NCBI RefSeq assembly: GCF_036321535.1
Contig: NC_087437.1
Span: 40,860,001-40,924,000, forward strand
Reading direction: 5' to 3'
Length of the DNA: 64,000 bases
From: Camelus dromedarius
Taxonomy: Eukaryota
This document shows, in pieces, positions 48,521 to 61,304 of this stretch. The translations under genes and the position numbers were made by a program. The notes under the pieces were generated by a model. The model had not been told where the DNA came from. It made no database searches and was given only the letters and a program-made list of their open reading frames with translations. Within the stretch, counting starts at the first letter, position 1. Each line of letters begins with the position of its first letter.

Positions 48521-49994
48521 TCCTGTACAGAAGCCACTCAGGAATGCCAAAGGATTGTGTCCTATTTTTTCTTCCTCCAATCCCCTAACCCCTCCGCAAA
48601 GCAGAGTTCTGGGCACAGAGCAGGTACTCAGGGAAGGTGCTCAAACTCAGGCAGAAACAACGACAGAAATGTTTCAGTCCTGTGGTCATCTGGCTTTGCA
48701 TAATGAGGATGCTCCAGATTTGCACAGAAAGATGACCTTTTCTACTTGACCCTATGGGAAGATTAAAATTTTTTTTAATAAAATAAAATGTGAAACCATT
48801 CTGAAGCCATTGACCTTCTCTGCCAGCTATTCAGCTCATCTTTGATTTGCATGACCCCCATGCCTTAGACATGACTTTCTTGAGAGGGAGCACATCACAG
48901 CTGCCAAATCTTCCTCAGATGTCCATCAAGTTTAAGAAAAAGACGTGAGAATCTGGCAGGTTAATGAAAGGGGAAAGGTGTGTAACCAAGTGTGCAAGTA
49001 AAGTGGAAAAGGATATAAACAGCTAGAAAAGGGCAAGATTTTCTACATCAGGTGGTGGAGGGGAGAGACCATATCAGAGGAAAATTTTTATTTTTCATCC
49101 TGACCTAATTGATTGGGCTGGAGGTGTAGATTCATTAAAAATCGATTTAGAGAGACAAGATACTGCTCATTTCAAAAGTACAGCTCCACCCTCCCAACCC
49201 TCCTCCTCCACCGCAAAATGTCAAGTGCCAGCGTGGGAGAAACCCTCTAGAACTCAGCCTTATAGTGCTCACGTGGTCTGCTTGGATTTCATCCACTGGA
49301 ATATTTACTTTGGATAAAATGCAAGTTCTCTGTGGCTTTCGGGGGAAGGGGGATTACAACGGATGGAACAAACAAGGCATTTAACAGATGAACTCAAACC
49401 TCAAGTGGCATGTTCCACTCAAATTAATTGATTTTCCCACATCCATACTCCCCTTTGTCTGATCTTGGGTCATCTTGTCTTTTTTTGCGGGGGGGGGGGG
49501 GTCATCTGTTCTTTATTCTGGGATCTCAAAGCTCTTTTTGAGCAGATATTTTTCTGTTCACATTATTGCAGAAACTTGAATTGCTTTGCCACCAGTCAAA
49601 CCAAGGTGTCCATGTACCTGGAAGCGAACAGTAAGGAGTGGAGCCCAAAGAACAGGGTCCCAGATTGCTTTGCCTTATATGCATCTAACCAGTGTTCTCC
49701 AAGAACCCCTACCCATCCAAAGGCTCACAGCATCTGAAAGAATAGACCTTGGTCATTCATACTCCAGGCAATAGGCATTCTCCCTCACTTATTATAATAG
49801 GAAGGAAATGTATCTGGCAGGAAGCATCTGGTAGTCTACAAATCAAGGAGTGCTTGGCTTAGTTCTGATGTTTATTATTTTAGCTGAAGACCACACATCA
49901 TAGCCCGAATACCTCAGTCCCCATCTTATGTGCTTTAAACCAATAGAATGAATCCTAAAGACATCAGTCAAGCTCCGCAGAATCCTGGATCTCT

Positions 49995-50345
49995 AATTTC
50001 ACTCAACAAATACTTCTGGAGCCTCTGTGATGTTGCCAGGAACTGTTCTGAGGACAGCACTGAACCAAACCAAACCGGCAAGTCTGTGCTTAGACTGAGC
50101 TGGCATTTTAGTGTAGGAAAAATAGACAATAAGCAGATAACTACATGGCGCGGCAGGCAGTGAGAAGTCTGCGTGTGCAGAATAAAGCAGGGTGACGGGT
50201 CTGAGGCAGTCAGGAGATGCCTTTCTGAGCAAGGTGACCTTTGAGCAGAGACTAAAAGAAGCCAGGGAGCCAACCACACAGAGTCTGGTGGAAGAGCGTT
50301 CCAAGGTTAAGGCAAAGCAAAGGCAAAAGTCCCTAGAGGAGTTTC
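49995..50345 (-). mobile_element. L2a 3' fragment
   Basis: TTCACTCAACAAATACTT...GGTGACCTTTGAGCAGAGAC...AAGAGCGTTCCAAG. Confidence 0.75.
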
Positions 50346-51632
50346 TGTAACTCCTGCCGTCCTGTTACACAGCCTGGGACGCAGAGTAATTCCACAGGCC
50401 CAGAAGGAAAGGGAGCTGCCTTCCCTTCTCCTTTGTTTTCCCTTCCTTCTTTGCTTTCCCTCTCTGCCTCCCCCTCTCCCTTCCTTCCTCCTGGCTCCAA
50501 ACCTTTGCTTTCTGAATAAGCATCTCCAACCCCTTTGCTCTGGAGCAACCACACTAATGATGAAAAACCTCGAATGTTTTCATGGCAGGACAAGTTCCCC
50601 TCTTCCGGAACCTGGTGGTTCCGGAGGCTGAGGGATGGAAGGTAGGCTTTCGTATTGGTATCTCAAGTCTGGGAGAGAAGCACTCTGTTAGCGTGATAAG
50701 GTTACAGCCGATCCTGGAGGATGACCTAGCAGGCACTGTGTTTGCAGGGACAGTCCCAGGTCAGGATCTGAAGACGCGTGTCCCTAGTACACAGCCCCCA
50801 AGGAGCAGAGGATGGCTGGCTTGTTATACCAGAGATCAGATAAAAGAAGAGGCAGGACCTAGGGAGTGGGGAGCAGGTAATGAAAAGGCTCAGAAGGGGC
50901 AAGTGACTGTGGGGTGGGGCGGTGCACAAGGGAGGTGGTGCAGCAGGGTTGAGCTCTGTTGACTGTGTGCTTAACCTCAAGGGAGCTCCCACGAGTCTCG
51001 GGGGAAGTCCATGTGTCTGTGGATGGATCTGTGGACGAGGTGGGTGGCATGGAAATCTTCTGAACCTCCACCAGGTTCCCCCACTGCATACCAACACCTA
51101 ACCCCTTCCCTCATCGACTCAGCATGTATGGGTTGGCTTATCCCTTGAGCTCAAAGAGCCAAACTCAGAAATGTAGAATTCCGTGTATCTGCTTGACTCG
51201 TTGATTATAGCCTTTTATTGTTGTTGTACTGATCACATCATCTCCTCTCCCGGCGTTAAGGGGCATAGTGCATGGATTGCACTCTCAAGACAGCTTGGAA
51301 GCTGGCATCCTGTTCCCCCAGAATAGAGTGTACTGACAATTCTTTGCTATTTTGCTTCTGTCTCAGTTTTATCAACCTTTCTCCACCAGCAGAAATCTCA
51401 TATCGTCTTTTAAATGCACTTACAATTCCCTCAGCATTTGTTAGTTAAAAATGCAACACCATTGGCACTCCTTAGTACCAGCCTAAACAGTAATTCTATT
51501 CATTTGACTGAGTGGTGTATTAATGGCTGCCAACCGAATTTCCTTCCACATCTTTACAGCCTAACTATAGTGCTAGTAAATTAGCTGCTAAGTCTGCATC
51601 CTTATTTCATCTATCAGCCTCTCAGCCATCAG

Positions 51633-51634
<2 letters not shown>

Positions 51635-51686
<52 letters not shown>
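51635..51686. repeat. (CA)26 perfect microsatellite
   Basis: Direct reading of the sequence. Confidence 0.97.
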
Positions 51687-51687
<1 letters not shown>

Positions 51688-52851
51688 CACTGTAGAGCTG
51701 TCTTGTGTTCACTCAGGGGTGAGCGTTCCCAGGGATTAGTTTGAGGGACACCTGTGTGGCACATTCACTAGGGTCTTCCCTGCGGTGTATAAACTGAGAA
51801 TGCAGAGAACTATGGGGCCAACCTTGCATAATCCTTTGTTAATCCTGGACATATTGTCAGGCGACAGGTGATAGGATCATTGCATGTTGGATGTCAGGAT
51901 GTCTCACCTGTATCTGGCGTATTTGGATTGCACACAATTTCTCTCATTTGTTCTCTTTCGGTGAAAGAGATAGCCCTTACCTGGGAGAATCCTTATCTAC
52001 CTGAGCACTGATTATTACCCTTCAGTCTTGTTTTCTCTAGGATAAATTACCCCCCTTCGGGCTATCTTATTTCCCAACCACTTACTCACTTTGGACGTCT
52101 CCTCCCTGGGCCCCCACATAGCACTCAGTCTGCACTGACCCACAGCAAACAGTTACCTTAAGTCTGTTGTCTAGGCAATAGGACACAGATCAATTGGTCA
52201 CATAGCCAACTACACTATATACCAAGACCCTCAGGGACAGATGGACACACAGCTGATCACCTTACTGTGTGTGACCTCGGATGGCCAAGGTGGTCATCCA
52301 TATTCTTCCACATTTGTGGGAGAGGATGTGACTGCCCCCACAGAGGGAGCAGTGCACCTTCCCTGGGAAACATAAGGACCTCCCAGCAGCTTTCTCTTCC
52401 ACATTGCTCATGCTCTACTGTTACCCGTTCTCCACGCTGGACCCCCACTGTATCCAGGCCAGCTGGAATCATATATATATGATTTGTATAATGTCTAATG
52501 GCAGATGTTACAGATAGAAACTTATTATATATGTAAACCATCTGGGTGTTCTAAAAGAAATTGAAATCTCAGAATGTGGGCCAACAAGAGATTAAGAAAA
52601 CTGAAACAGAGGAGAAGCAGGTTGGTTTCACTCTCACTGCCAAGGAATTCCAATGGATTCTATCAAACTACCCTCTCTTAGGAGTCCATCCAGCTGATTA
52701 GAGCCCCATCAAGTCCAAACCAGCCAGCTGCCCAGCAGTACACCCAGATATGTTCATCTGTGCCCACAAAGTCTCTTCCAGGACCACTCTAGTGGTAAGA
52801 TTTACACCAAATCCAACCTAATTATCTCAGGTAAAATGATAAAGTCAGAAA

Positions 52852-52964
52852 CAGGCTGGCCAACCACCCAGGTATGCCTAGGAGTAAGGGGGTTCCTGGC
52901 ATGCAACATTTTCCATGCCGAAATTGGGAAATTCTGGGAAAATCAGAATGAATTGGTCACTCTC
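52852..52964 (+). mobile_element. MER81-like hAT-Blackjack MITE
   Basis: CAGGCTGGCCAACCACCCAGGTATGCC...GAATTGGTCACTCT; degenerate TIRs of the AGGGTGACCAA type. Confidence 0.65.
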
Positions 52965-53359
52965 TCAGAGACCGTAATTATGTAAATAGTAAGCTTAAGT
53001 GTCATGCTGCCATCTCCAGTGCTATGCTAGCTCCAGGGAGATGCTTTACTTGGCTATAGATATGGACAGCCATGGTAGTCTTGTGTGCACTATATGCACT
53101 CTGAGGCTTATTTAAATTTTAAAAAATTAAGATGTCTTCTGCAAATCCTTAGAACTAAATCAGTGACACTCCAAAATTAGCTTTAAGTGATAAAATTTTA
53201 TGTAATTATGACAATCATCTCTAAAATAAGTGATTAAGTGCTTCAATAAAAAAAGGAATGGTCTGAAAACAAATCTCTCCGGAATTATAAATATTCTCTA
53301 AGATATTTGCCCAATTAGAAGTTCTTTGAGTCTAGTTTTTATATTTCTTGCCAACAAAG

Positions 53360-53372
53360 GTTGCTTAGCAAC
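53360..53372. promoter_or_regulatory. Candidate RFX X-box (GTTGCTTAGCAAC)
   Basis: Palindromic GTTGCT-T-AGCAAC in sequence I could not assign to a repeat; motif match only. Confidence 0.35.
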
Positions 53373-53764
53373 AGTCAGCCGTCTCCTTTCCCTCCCACCT
53401 TGGCAGTTGCAGGCTGAAGGGAAGGAAAGCTGCTGCTCTGGGATGGCCTCTTCTTCTCAGTTCATAACAGAAAAATGAGGGTTGTTTAAATGCGATCATC
53501 CCTAAGGCTGGTACCAAGGTGTGTGCAATGCGAAGGATTGTTACTAAAAGAAGTTAAATTCTAATGGTACCGTAACTCATTAAAACACACAGAGTAGCAG
53601 AGGTTCAGGCACCAGTACTTCTGGAAGGGCAGTTGTTTAATTAGCCTAGGATCTTTGTGCTCCAGAATCTTCACCCAGTTATCAGCTGACGGAGAGGGAT
53701 GGAAACTGACTCTGCTGAGGAGCATCCTTATGCCCTGCCTTACCTGGGTGCTAGTATAATGGGG

Positions 53765-55010
53765 CTTCTAGAACTGGACTTGGGCTGGCTCAGGTAGTTT
53801 TCTGTTTTTAGTTTTTGTGGGGTGCCTGATGGAAAAAGCTTACATTGCCCTGAAGAGACTGTTGGTAGGAATATGAATATCAAAGGAGATTCTGGTGAGG
53901 ACTCAAAGAAAAAAGGAGCACTATAGAGAAAGCTTCTATTGTCTCAGAGATTACATACATCATCGTGAACAGAATGTTGCTAGAAATATGGGTGTTAAAG
54001 ATGCTTTTTATGAAATCTTAATTAAGTTGGCTGCTATAACGAAATATCATAGACAAGGTGGCTACAACAGATATATATTTCTCACAGTTCTGGAGACTGG
54101 GAGGTTCAAGACCAAGATGTCAACATTCGGTTCCTGGTGAGGGGTCTCTGTCGGACTTACAGATGACCACCTTCTCTCTGTGAACTCACATTGCGGGGAG
54201 AGAGCTCTGGTCTCTCTTGCTCTTCTTATAAGGACACTCCTCCCATCATGGAGGCCCCACCCTCATGACCTCACATAAACCTAATTAATCCCCCAGGCCC
54301 CATTTCCAAATACCATCACATTGGGGCTCAGGATTTCAACATAAGAATGAGGGGGTGAGGGCACACAAACATTCCATGACAGAGGTCACAGGCAGAAGTG
54401 AGGAACATGTTCTTGGAAACCGAGGGAAAGGTGATCCTTGTTATAAAGCAGCAGAGGACTTTGCTGAGTTGTGTTCTGTTGGATGGAAGTAGAACTTGAA
54501 AGCAATGAGCTTGGATATTTAGCTGAGGAGATTTCCAAGCAGAGTGTTAAAGGTGCAGCCTGGTTTCTCCTTGTTGCTTAATAGTAAAACATCAGAGGAA
54601 GGAAGGAACCACTAAGCAAAAAGAAACCAGCACTTAATGATTTGGAAGATTCTCAGCCTACCTAGATGGCCCAGTCTGGAAACAGAGCCACGGGTGTGGC
54701 TGGACGGCCATTTTCCACAGAGAGTAGGTATGCGACTCATGGATCCAACCAACCATCCCAGCAGAAGCTGGGAATAGGGATGCTGTTATCCAGGGAAGGG
54801 CTGTGCAGGATCCTTTTGTCTGATGTCTTGGGCCTCCATGAATTGCGTGGGAGGCCAACATGTTTCCTGAGAATTCTTTATGAACAGAAACGCTGCCCAC
54901 CTGGACTGAAAGCGACAGAGATGAGATGAAATGAGGGAAGAATGACTTTGAGGGCAGAGCCAGGACCAGGGCCATCTTCCTCTCAGCTCCAGAGGGCAGG
55001 CTGCCATCCA
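53765..55010 (+). mobile_element. MaLR internal sequence (MLT1/MST-int-like)
   Basis: ATAGAGAAAGCTTCTATTGTCTCAGAG..., GGAAAGGTGATCCTTGTTATAAAG, GGATATTTAGCTGAGGAGATTTCCAAGCAGAGTGTT. Confidence 0.75.
54017..54381 (-). mobile_element. MLT1A0-like solo LTR inserted antisense in MaLR-int
   Basis: GGCTGCTATAAC...TTCTCACAGTTCTGGAGACTGGGAGG...CCCACCCTCATGACCTC...CAAATACCATCACATTGGGG. Confidence 0.85.
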
Positions 55011-57299
55011 GGGCCGAAACTAACACAGAAGACGTAGACTAAGCATGGCAGACCAACCCCCTCAGTGGGAAATTTGGACAGGAAGTTTCGCTTTGGGGTG
55101 TGGGCGTGGCGAATATCTGGTACAGGAGCTTTACACATTTTATGTAATTTTGTCCTCACTGAAGACTCAGCATCAGTTTTATTCTCCTAATTTTACCTGC
55201 TTGGAGACCAAGCCACTGTCTTCAGGTCTTACATCTGGGAAATGGAAGAATCAGGGTTTAAACCCAGGTCTGATTTCAAAGTCTGCTGTTCTAGAAGAGG
55301 TACTGAATTTGGGACTTTGTAATGGCAAAAAAGAAGTTAAGTAAAATTAACTAAACTCATTCTGTGGAATGGAAACTAAATATAATTTACTATTCAGTTA
55401 TATTAGGCATGAATGTGTGTATGTGTGTGTGTGTAGAAATTTGGTGCACAAAAATACAAGACCAAATACCCAATGGCCCCTCCAGGACATGTGCATATCT
55501 ACATATCTGTATCTATGTCTATATTCATATTTGTATCCACACCCATATTCATATCCATGTCTGTGTGTGTGTGTACGTAAAACAAATAATAAGCATTGAC
55601 TTAGTAATGACTTCTAACCCTTCAATCCTTCTCAGCTAGGAACTGCTGAAACCTTTAGTCAAGGATGGCCAAGGGAGAGGTCTCTTTTCCATTCTGTGTC
55701 AATCCACAGATTCTTTTTCTGACAGCATTCACCAGCCTCACCAGCTGCATTTGAAATGGCTGCTGCTTTATAGCAGAGATTTTAATACTGTTTTAGAGAA
55801 TTCACAAATCTCTTGGCAGCAATGATTTTTAAAGTTCATTCTTTAAGTCTTCATTACATGCTGGAATTTAAGAGGATTTACTCTTCTTTCGTACATTCGG
55901 CAAAATGCCAGCTGAATTGCTTATTATCTGGAAGATGTCCTTTCTCTTTAAATGGCATGGCATCTCACTGCCGATCTTTTAGAGCTTTTTTACTTGGTTA
56001 TGTTCTGTGCTGCGGTACGTGGTGATAAGGAGAGTTTTACAGACTTGTGCCTTTTGAACTGAGAAACAAATTGTAGGCTGATCCCCTCTTTAAAATGTCT
56101 CCCCAGAACAATAGAACCTGGATTTTATGCCACTTTCTGATTCCGCTGTGGAATATCCTCCTCTGTGCAGGAAAGCAGCATTTCACAGTTTATGCATTTC
56201 CTGGCCATTGTTATATACACTCTATTAAGATATAAGGAGCCAAAATAAAATTCTAAGAATTAGATGTAACATTGATTTCAAGATCCAACCTCAAATAATC
56301 ACAGAAATTTAAGTCTCTGCTGTTACCACAGCCTTACTTTCATTGTTTTATTTCATTCTGTTTTGTTAAGAGAGGTGGGTATGGTTCTCTTGTTTTTGTC
56401 TGTCTCCCAGGGTTCCTGGAATACTTGTAGTTTTTTAAAAAATTAGTCCAAGTGTATCATGAAGCAACAGCTACAGTTTTTGCCCAAAGGTCCACAGAGA
56501 CGTCTGCTGGAGGCCCTCTTGTTTTAAAGGTGAAGATCTGACAATTACCTGTGTAAAGCTCCAGGAGAGTCTGCTGTGTTTACTTGTGTATCTCCAGTGA
56601 TCAGAAAAGCACCTGGCACAAAGACAGTGCTAAATAAAGAGAAGAGAAATTAACTTACAAGTTCTAAAAATGCCACAGGTGTAGGCTATAAACTCAGTTC
56701 TAATAAACTAAATTTCACGTGATTTTCATCAAAAGTAGGAAAACCATATGGTGCATTGATAATTGTACCTGCTGTATTATCAAATATACTCTTGATAGGA
56801 GAGAATTTCTGCTTCGACCAAGTGTCAATGTGAATGGATTCCTTCACTTATAACTTTACACATCTGATGCTTGGAAGAATTTCCACAGACTGGCTTCTGG
56901 CTTTGTACATTTCAAACCATGTGTTTTCTCTGCAATCCAATCCCTAGTCCTGGGTACCACTTGGATGCGTATGATCTATGACACTGCATCCTCATGTCAA
57001 GATGTCAGGTAAGTTGGGCCAAAGTCCTATAGGAGTTCTCTGGAGCCATTCTTATACCAGAATGGCTAGAAATACCAAAACCATATGTGGAAATCATTGC
57101 AAAGCATGTAAATATATCCAACAAAAGCCAAACCAAAACATATACTCAACTCAACTGCCCCAAGACAAATACCTATGGCCAATCGAAACTGCTGGACACA
57201 GGGGAAGTGTGATGGAGGGGAGGTCAGAGTGGAAAGAGATATGATTAAAATATTTACTTTGGCAAATTTTACAGTTTAGCTGCATTGGCTTCATGGTAA

Positions 57300-57684
57300 A
57301 TACACCTTTGATTTATTCAGAAGTGAGCGTGTCACCACAATCTGAGGAGAAGGCAGTGCTAGTAGCTAGTGGGCATCCCAGTCTTTCCTTGGACCGGAGT
57401 ATGAAAGGTAGGAGAGGGAATTCCTCCTTCTGCTGAGGTTGCTAGACTGACACAGTAGGATGAAGTAGCAACGTGAGGGCAAACAAGGCCACAAAGAGGG
57501 AAACGGCTGAGAGGGAAGAGTCACAGAGAGAAATTACCCCACTTGAGCTCTTAACCTGGGCCATGTCTGAATCAAGCTACAACCCTGAACTCTCCTGTTC
57601 TGTGAGCCAACACACTTCCTTTCCAATTTAAGCCAGTTTGAATCTAGGTTTCTGTCAGTGAAGCCAAGAGTCCCGACTAATACA
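57300..57684 (+). mobile_element. Old MaLR LTR (MLT1J/K-like)
   Basis: TGTGAGCCAACACACTTCC...TTTAAGCCAGTTTGAATCTAGGTTTCTGTCA...GAGTCCCGACTAATACA. Confidence 0.7.
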
Positions 57685-57917
57685 CGAAAAGGTAGGCTGT
57701 CAGCATTATTTTGCTAGTAGAAGTCTCAGATCATCTCATGTTGGCAAGGATGTGATGCAGTCAGAATGCTCATATATTGTTCATATCAGGGTAACTCTCA
57801 TACATGGTTGGTGGAAATGCAAAATTTTACAATCACTTTGGGGGAAGTTCTGGCAGTTTCTTAAAAAGTTAAACAGATTTTTTCTGTAATCAGTAATTCC
57901 ATTCCTGACTAGGTACC

Positions 57918-58563
57918 TGTTGTAGGCAGTATAGTGCCCCCCCACCCCCTAAAATGTCCAGGTCTTAATCCCCAGAACCTGTGTTACATACAAAGGAGAA
58001 TTAAGGTTGCTAATCAGCTGACTTAAAACTAGGGAGATCAGTGGGAGGGTACAGCTCAGTGGTAGAGTGTGTGCTTAGCATGCACAAGGTCCTGGGTTCA
58101 ATCCCCAGTACCTCAGTTAAAAGATAAATAAACCTAATTGCCTCCCTGTCCCTCCAAAAAACACAAAAACAATAAACTAGGGAGATTATTCTGGATTATC
58201 TGAGTGTGCCCAATGTAATTACAGGGCCCTTTAAAGTGGAAGAGGGAGGCAAAAGAAGAGAGTAAGAGGGAAATGTGATTGCAGACGAATGGTCATAGAA
58301 ATGCAAAATTGCTGACTTTGAAGATGGAGAAGGGGGCTGTGAACCAAGGAAGGTGTGTGGCCTCTAGAAGCTGGAAAAGGTAAGGAAACAGGTTCTCCCC
58401 TAGAGACCCCAGAAAGCAAAACAACTCTGCCAACAACTTGATTTTAGCCCAGTGAGACTTGTGTTGAATTTCTGACCTGCAGAACTGTAAGATAATACAT
58501 TTGTATTGTTTAAATCACTGAGTTTGTGGCAATTTGTTATAGCAGCAATAGAAAGCTAATACA
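57918..58563 (+). mobile_element. MLT1D-like solo LTR
   Basis: TG...CA ends; GGAGAATTAAGGTTGCTAATCAGCTGAC, CCTCTAGAAGCTGGAAAAGG, TTTGTTATAGCAGCAATAG; TSD GTACC / ATACC. Confidence 0.9.
58041..58173 (+). mobile_element. tRNA-Ala-derived camelid SINE (Vic-1 type) within MLT1D
   Basis: A/B boxes; TSD AAACTAGGGAGATCA (58026-58040) / AAACTAGGGAGATTA (58174-58188). Confidence 0.93.
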
Positions 58564-58944
58564 ATACCCAAGAGAAATGAAAGCATATGTCTCAAGAATG
58601 CTCTTAGCAGTTTTATTCACAATAGCCAAAGACTGGAAATAGCCTGAATCTCCACCAACAGGATAATGGAAGCCAAACTGTGGCCTATCCACATAATAAA
58701 CTATTACTCAGCAATAAGAAGGAAAAACGACTTATACACACAACATGGGTACATTTCAGAAGCATGCTGAGTGACAGACGCTGGGCACATACTATATGAT
58801 TTCTTTCACATGAAGTTCTAGAACAGGCAAAGCTGATCTATGGTTTAAAAAAAAAGACTTCTGATTCGCCTTTGGGGTGGAGTGAATGTGCAGACTGATT
58901 GGGAAATGACTTAGGGAGCTTCTGGGGACAGAGGTACTGTTGTG

Positions 58945-59769
58945 TAGTAGTCCCCCTTGTCCAAGGGGGATATGTTCCAACATCCCCAGTGCATACCTGA
59001 AACCGTGGACAGTACCAAACCCTATCTATACAGTGTTCTCCTATACATATGTACCTATCATGAAGTTTAATTTATAAGTTAGGCACAGTAAGAGATTAAC
59101 AGTAAATAACAATAAAATCAAACAATTATAACAACATGCTGTAATAAAAGTTATGTGAATGTGGTCTCTCTCTCTCTCTCAAAATACCTTATTTTGCATA
59201 TTTAATGACTTTTCTATCTTAACTAAAGCACTTAATATCACACTGTGGCCCTAACTTTTGCAGTTGGAGACGCAGTAGCAAAACTAGCATGAATTTCTTT
59301 TTCCTTCTTCACAATTTCACAGGTAGATCTGTTTTTACCATAGAGCTTAGCAACCTCAGCATATCATTTTTTTTTCTTTCCTTAGTAAGTTAAGAACGTT
59401 CACCTTTTCACTTAAAGAAAGCACATTGACTTCTCTTTGGCAGATCCAAATGGCCAGCATCACTTCTCTTGTGCTTTGAGACCATTACTAAGGAAAGTAA
59501 GGATTCCTGGAACATAAGCATTGTGAAACCACAACAGTTGATCTGATAACTGAGCCATTTACTAAGTCACTAAATGGGCAGGATACGCTGGACAAGGCGA
59601 TGATTACATCGAGGGTGGGGTGGTGCAGGACAGCAAGAGATTTCATCACACTACCCAGCAGAGTCACGATCTAACACTTATGAATTGTTTGCTTCTGGAA
59701 TTTTCCATGTAATATTTTCAGATCATGGTTGACATAGGATAACAAACCACAGAGAAGGAAGGCCAACTG
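58945..59769 (+). mobile_element. MER44/Tigger7-like DNA transposon
   Basis: AGTAGTCCCCCTTGTCC...TGTTCCAACATCCCCAGTG start; TAATAAAAGTTATGTGAATGTGGTCTCTC; TCTGGAATTTTCCAT; ends AACTG-TA. Confidence 0.85.
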
Positions 59770-59841
59770 TATATTTTAATAAGGATTTCAGTTGCGCAGG
59801 TATATGCATTTGCGAAATCGCATGGAATAAGCTATGCACTT

Positions 59842-60271
59842 TATTGTGGATTGAATTGTGAATTGATATGCCTAAGTCCTGACTCTCACTGCATATAAAT
59901 ATGACTTTATTTGAAAAAAGAGGTTTTTCAGATTTAGTCAAGTTAAGATGAGGTCATACTGAATGAGGGTAGCGTTAAATCCAGTGACTGGTGTTTTTTA
60001 TAAGACGGACATGTGAAGACACAAGGATACAGAAAAACAGGGAGACGCATGTGATGACAGAGGCAGAGATTGGAGTAATGTAGCCACAAGCCAAGGAATG
60101 CCACAAGAAGCTAGGAGAGAAACTTGAAAGAGTCTCCCTCAGAGGCTCTAGAAGCAGCCAACCTTGCCAGCACCTCGATGTCAGTATCCAGAACTAAGAG
60201 AATAAATTTCTGTTGTTTAAAGCCACACAGTTTATACTAATTTGTTATAACAGCCCTAGGAAACTAATACA
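59842..60271 (+). mobile_element. MLT1C-like solo LTR
   Basis: GTTAAGATGAGGTCATACTG, GAGGCAGAGATTGGAG...GCCACAAGCCAAGGAATGCC, CAGCCCTAGGAAACTAATACA; TSD CACTT / AACTT. Confidence 0.88.
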
Positions 60272-61304
60272 AACTTAAATTTGTGCCCTTCACTATATGT
60301 AAACTTTATCCTAAAAAGATAACCATAAAAATATTGGGTTGTAGTTTATAAATATGTATGGCATTTAAGTGCCTGGAATTGTTGAAACTAAATGGTAGGT
60401 ATATGAGTATTCAATGTACAGTTGTACTAAAACATTGTACAATACATAGTTCTTTAAACTTTTCTACATATTTGAAATTTTTTATAAAATGTTGGAGAAA
60501 TAATTGTAAAACCTGACTCATCATGAGGGGTAAAATCAACTTAGTGAGTGAGATTAGCATTTTTCTAAAGTAAAACAGAAGATAAGAGAGCACACACAAC
60601 AATGGGAAGTGTTTCATTTTAATTATACATAATATACATGCGTATACATATATTTACTAGATCATGATGTAAAATTAATTTCTTACTGGGGATCAAGTCA
60701 AAACTACCTGAGAAATACCACCTTAGTCTCACAGGTTTCCCAAGATTCCACTTTTTCCCCTCATCACAGGGCACTAATGTTTTTACACCCACGTCTAACC
60801 CAGGCATCATTTACACAGATTCAGAGCGCTTAGTTATGAAATGCTTGTGTATCTATTTCTCCCTGACCCATTATCACAGTTACTGAACCACATTCTCCTA
60901 ATACAGAGTTTCTTCCCAGGGAATTCACAGGGCTCTTTGTGAGCTGTATTTATACCTTCAAAATCCCAGGGTAGCTTTAGCAATTTTCTGCATCGTGACA
61001 CTAAACGGAAGCTTGGAAGAATTAGTAAAACTATCACCAGATGCTCTGCCTTTGTCATATTTTGGAAGGCATAGGCATAGTGAGCTAGCACCTCAATAAA
61101 AAGTTTAGCCATAAACTCTGCAGCTAGAGATTACTTCAGTCTAGGAAGTGTGTGAATTCATATAGTTCCAGCCATCATTTGTATTTAAAGATAACATGAG
61201 TCATGCTAGAGAGAATCTTTAACAAATGAAGCTGATTTAGTTGGAAATAACTATTTTAATCCACTATAGTGTATGTTTAAGTTCTCAATAATGTAATAAG
61301 TGTA

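Larger units (their letters stand above)
57735..60500 (+). mobile_element. Old L1 (L1MC/L1ME-like) 3' region hosting three insertions
   Basis: TGTTGGCAAGGATGTG, TGGCAGTTTCTTAAAAAGTTAAAC, TTTATTCACAATAGCCAAAGACTGGAAA, terminal TAAAATGTTGGAGAAA; colinear across the inserts. Confidence 0.8.

Noticed and set aside
50604..50626. Hairpin TCCGGAACC-TGGT-GGTTCCGGA
   Set aside because: A 9-bp stem is expected by chance in 64 kb and is too short for a pre-miRNA.
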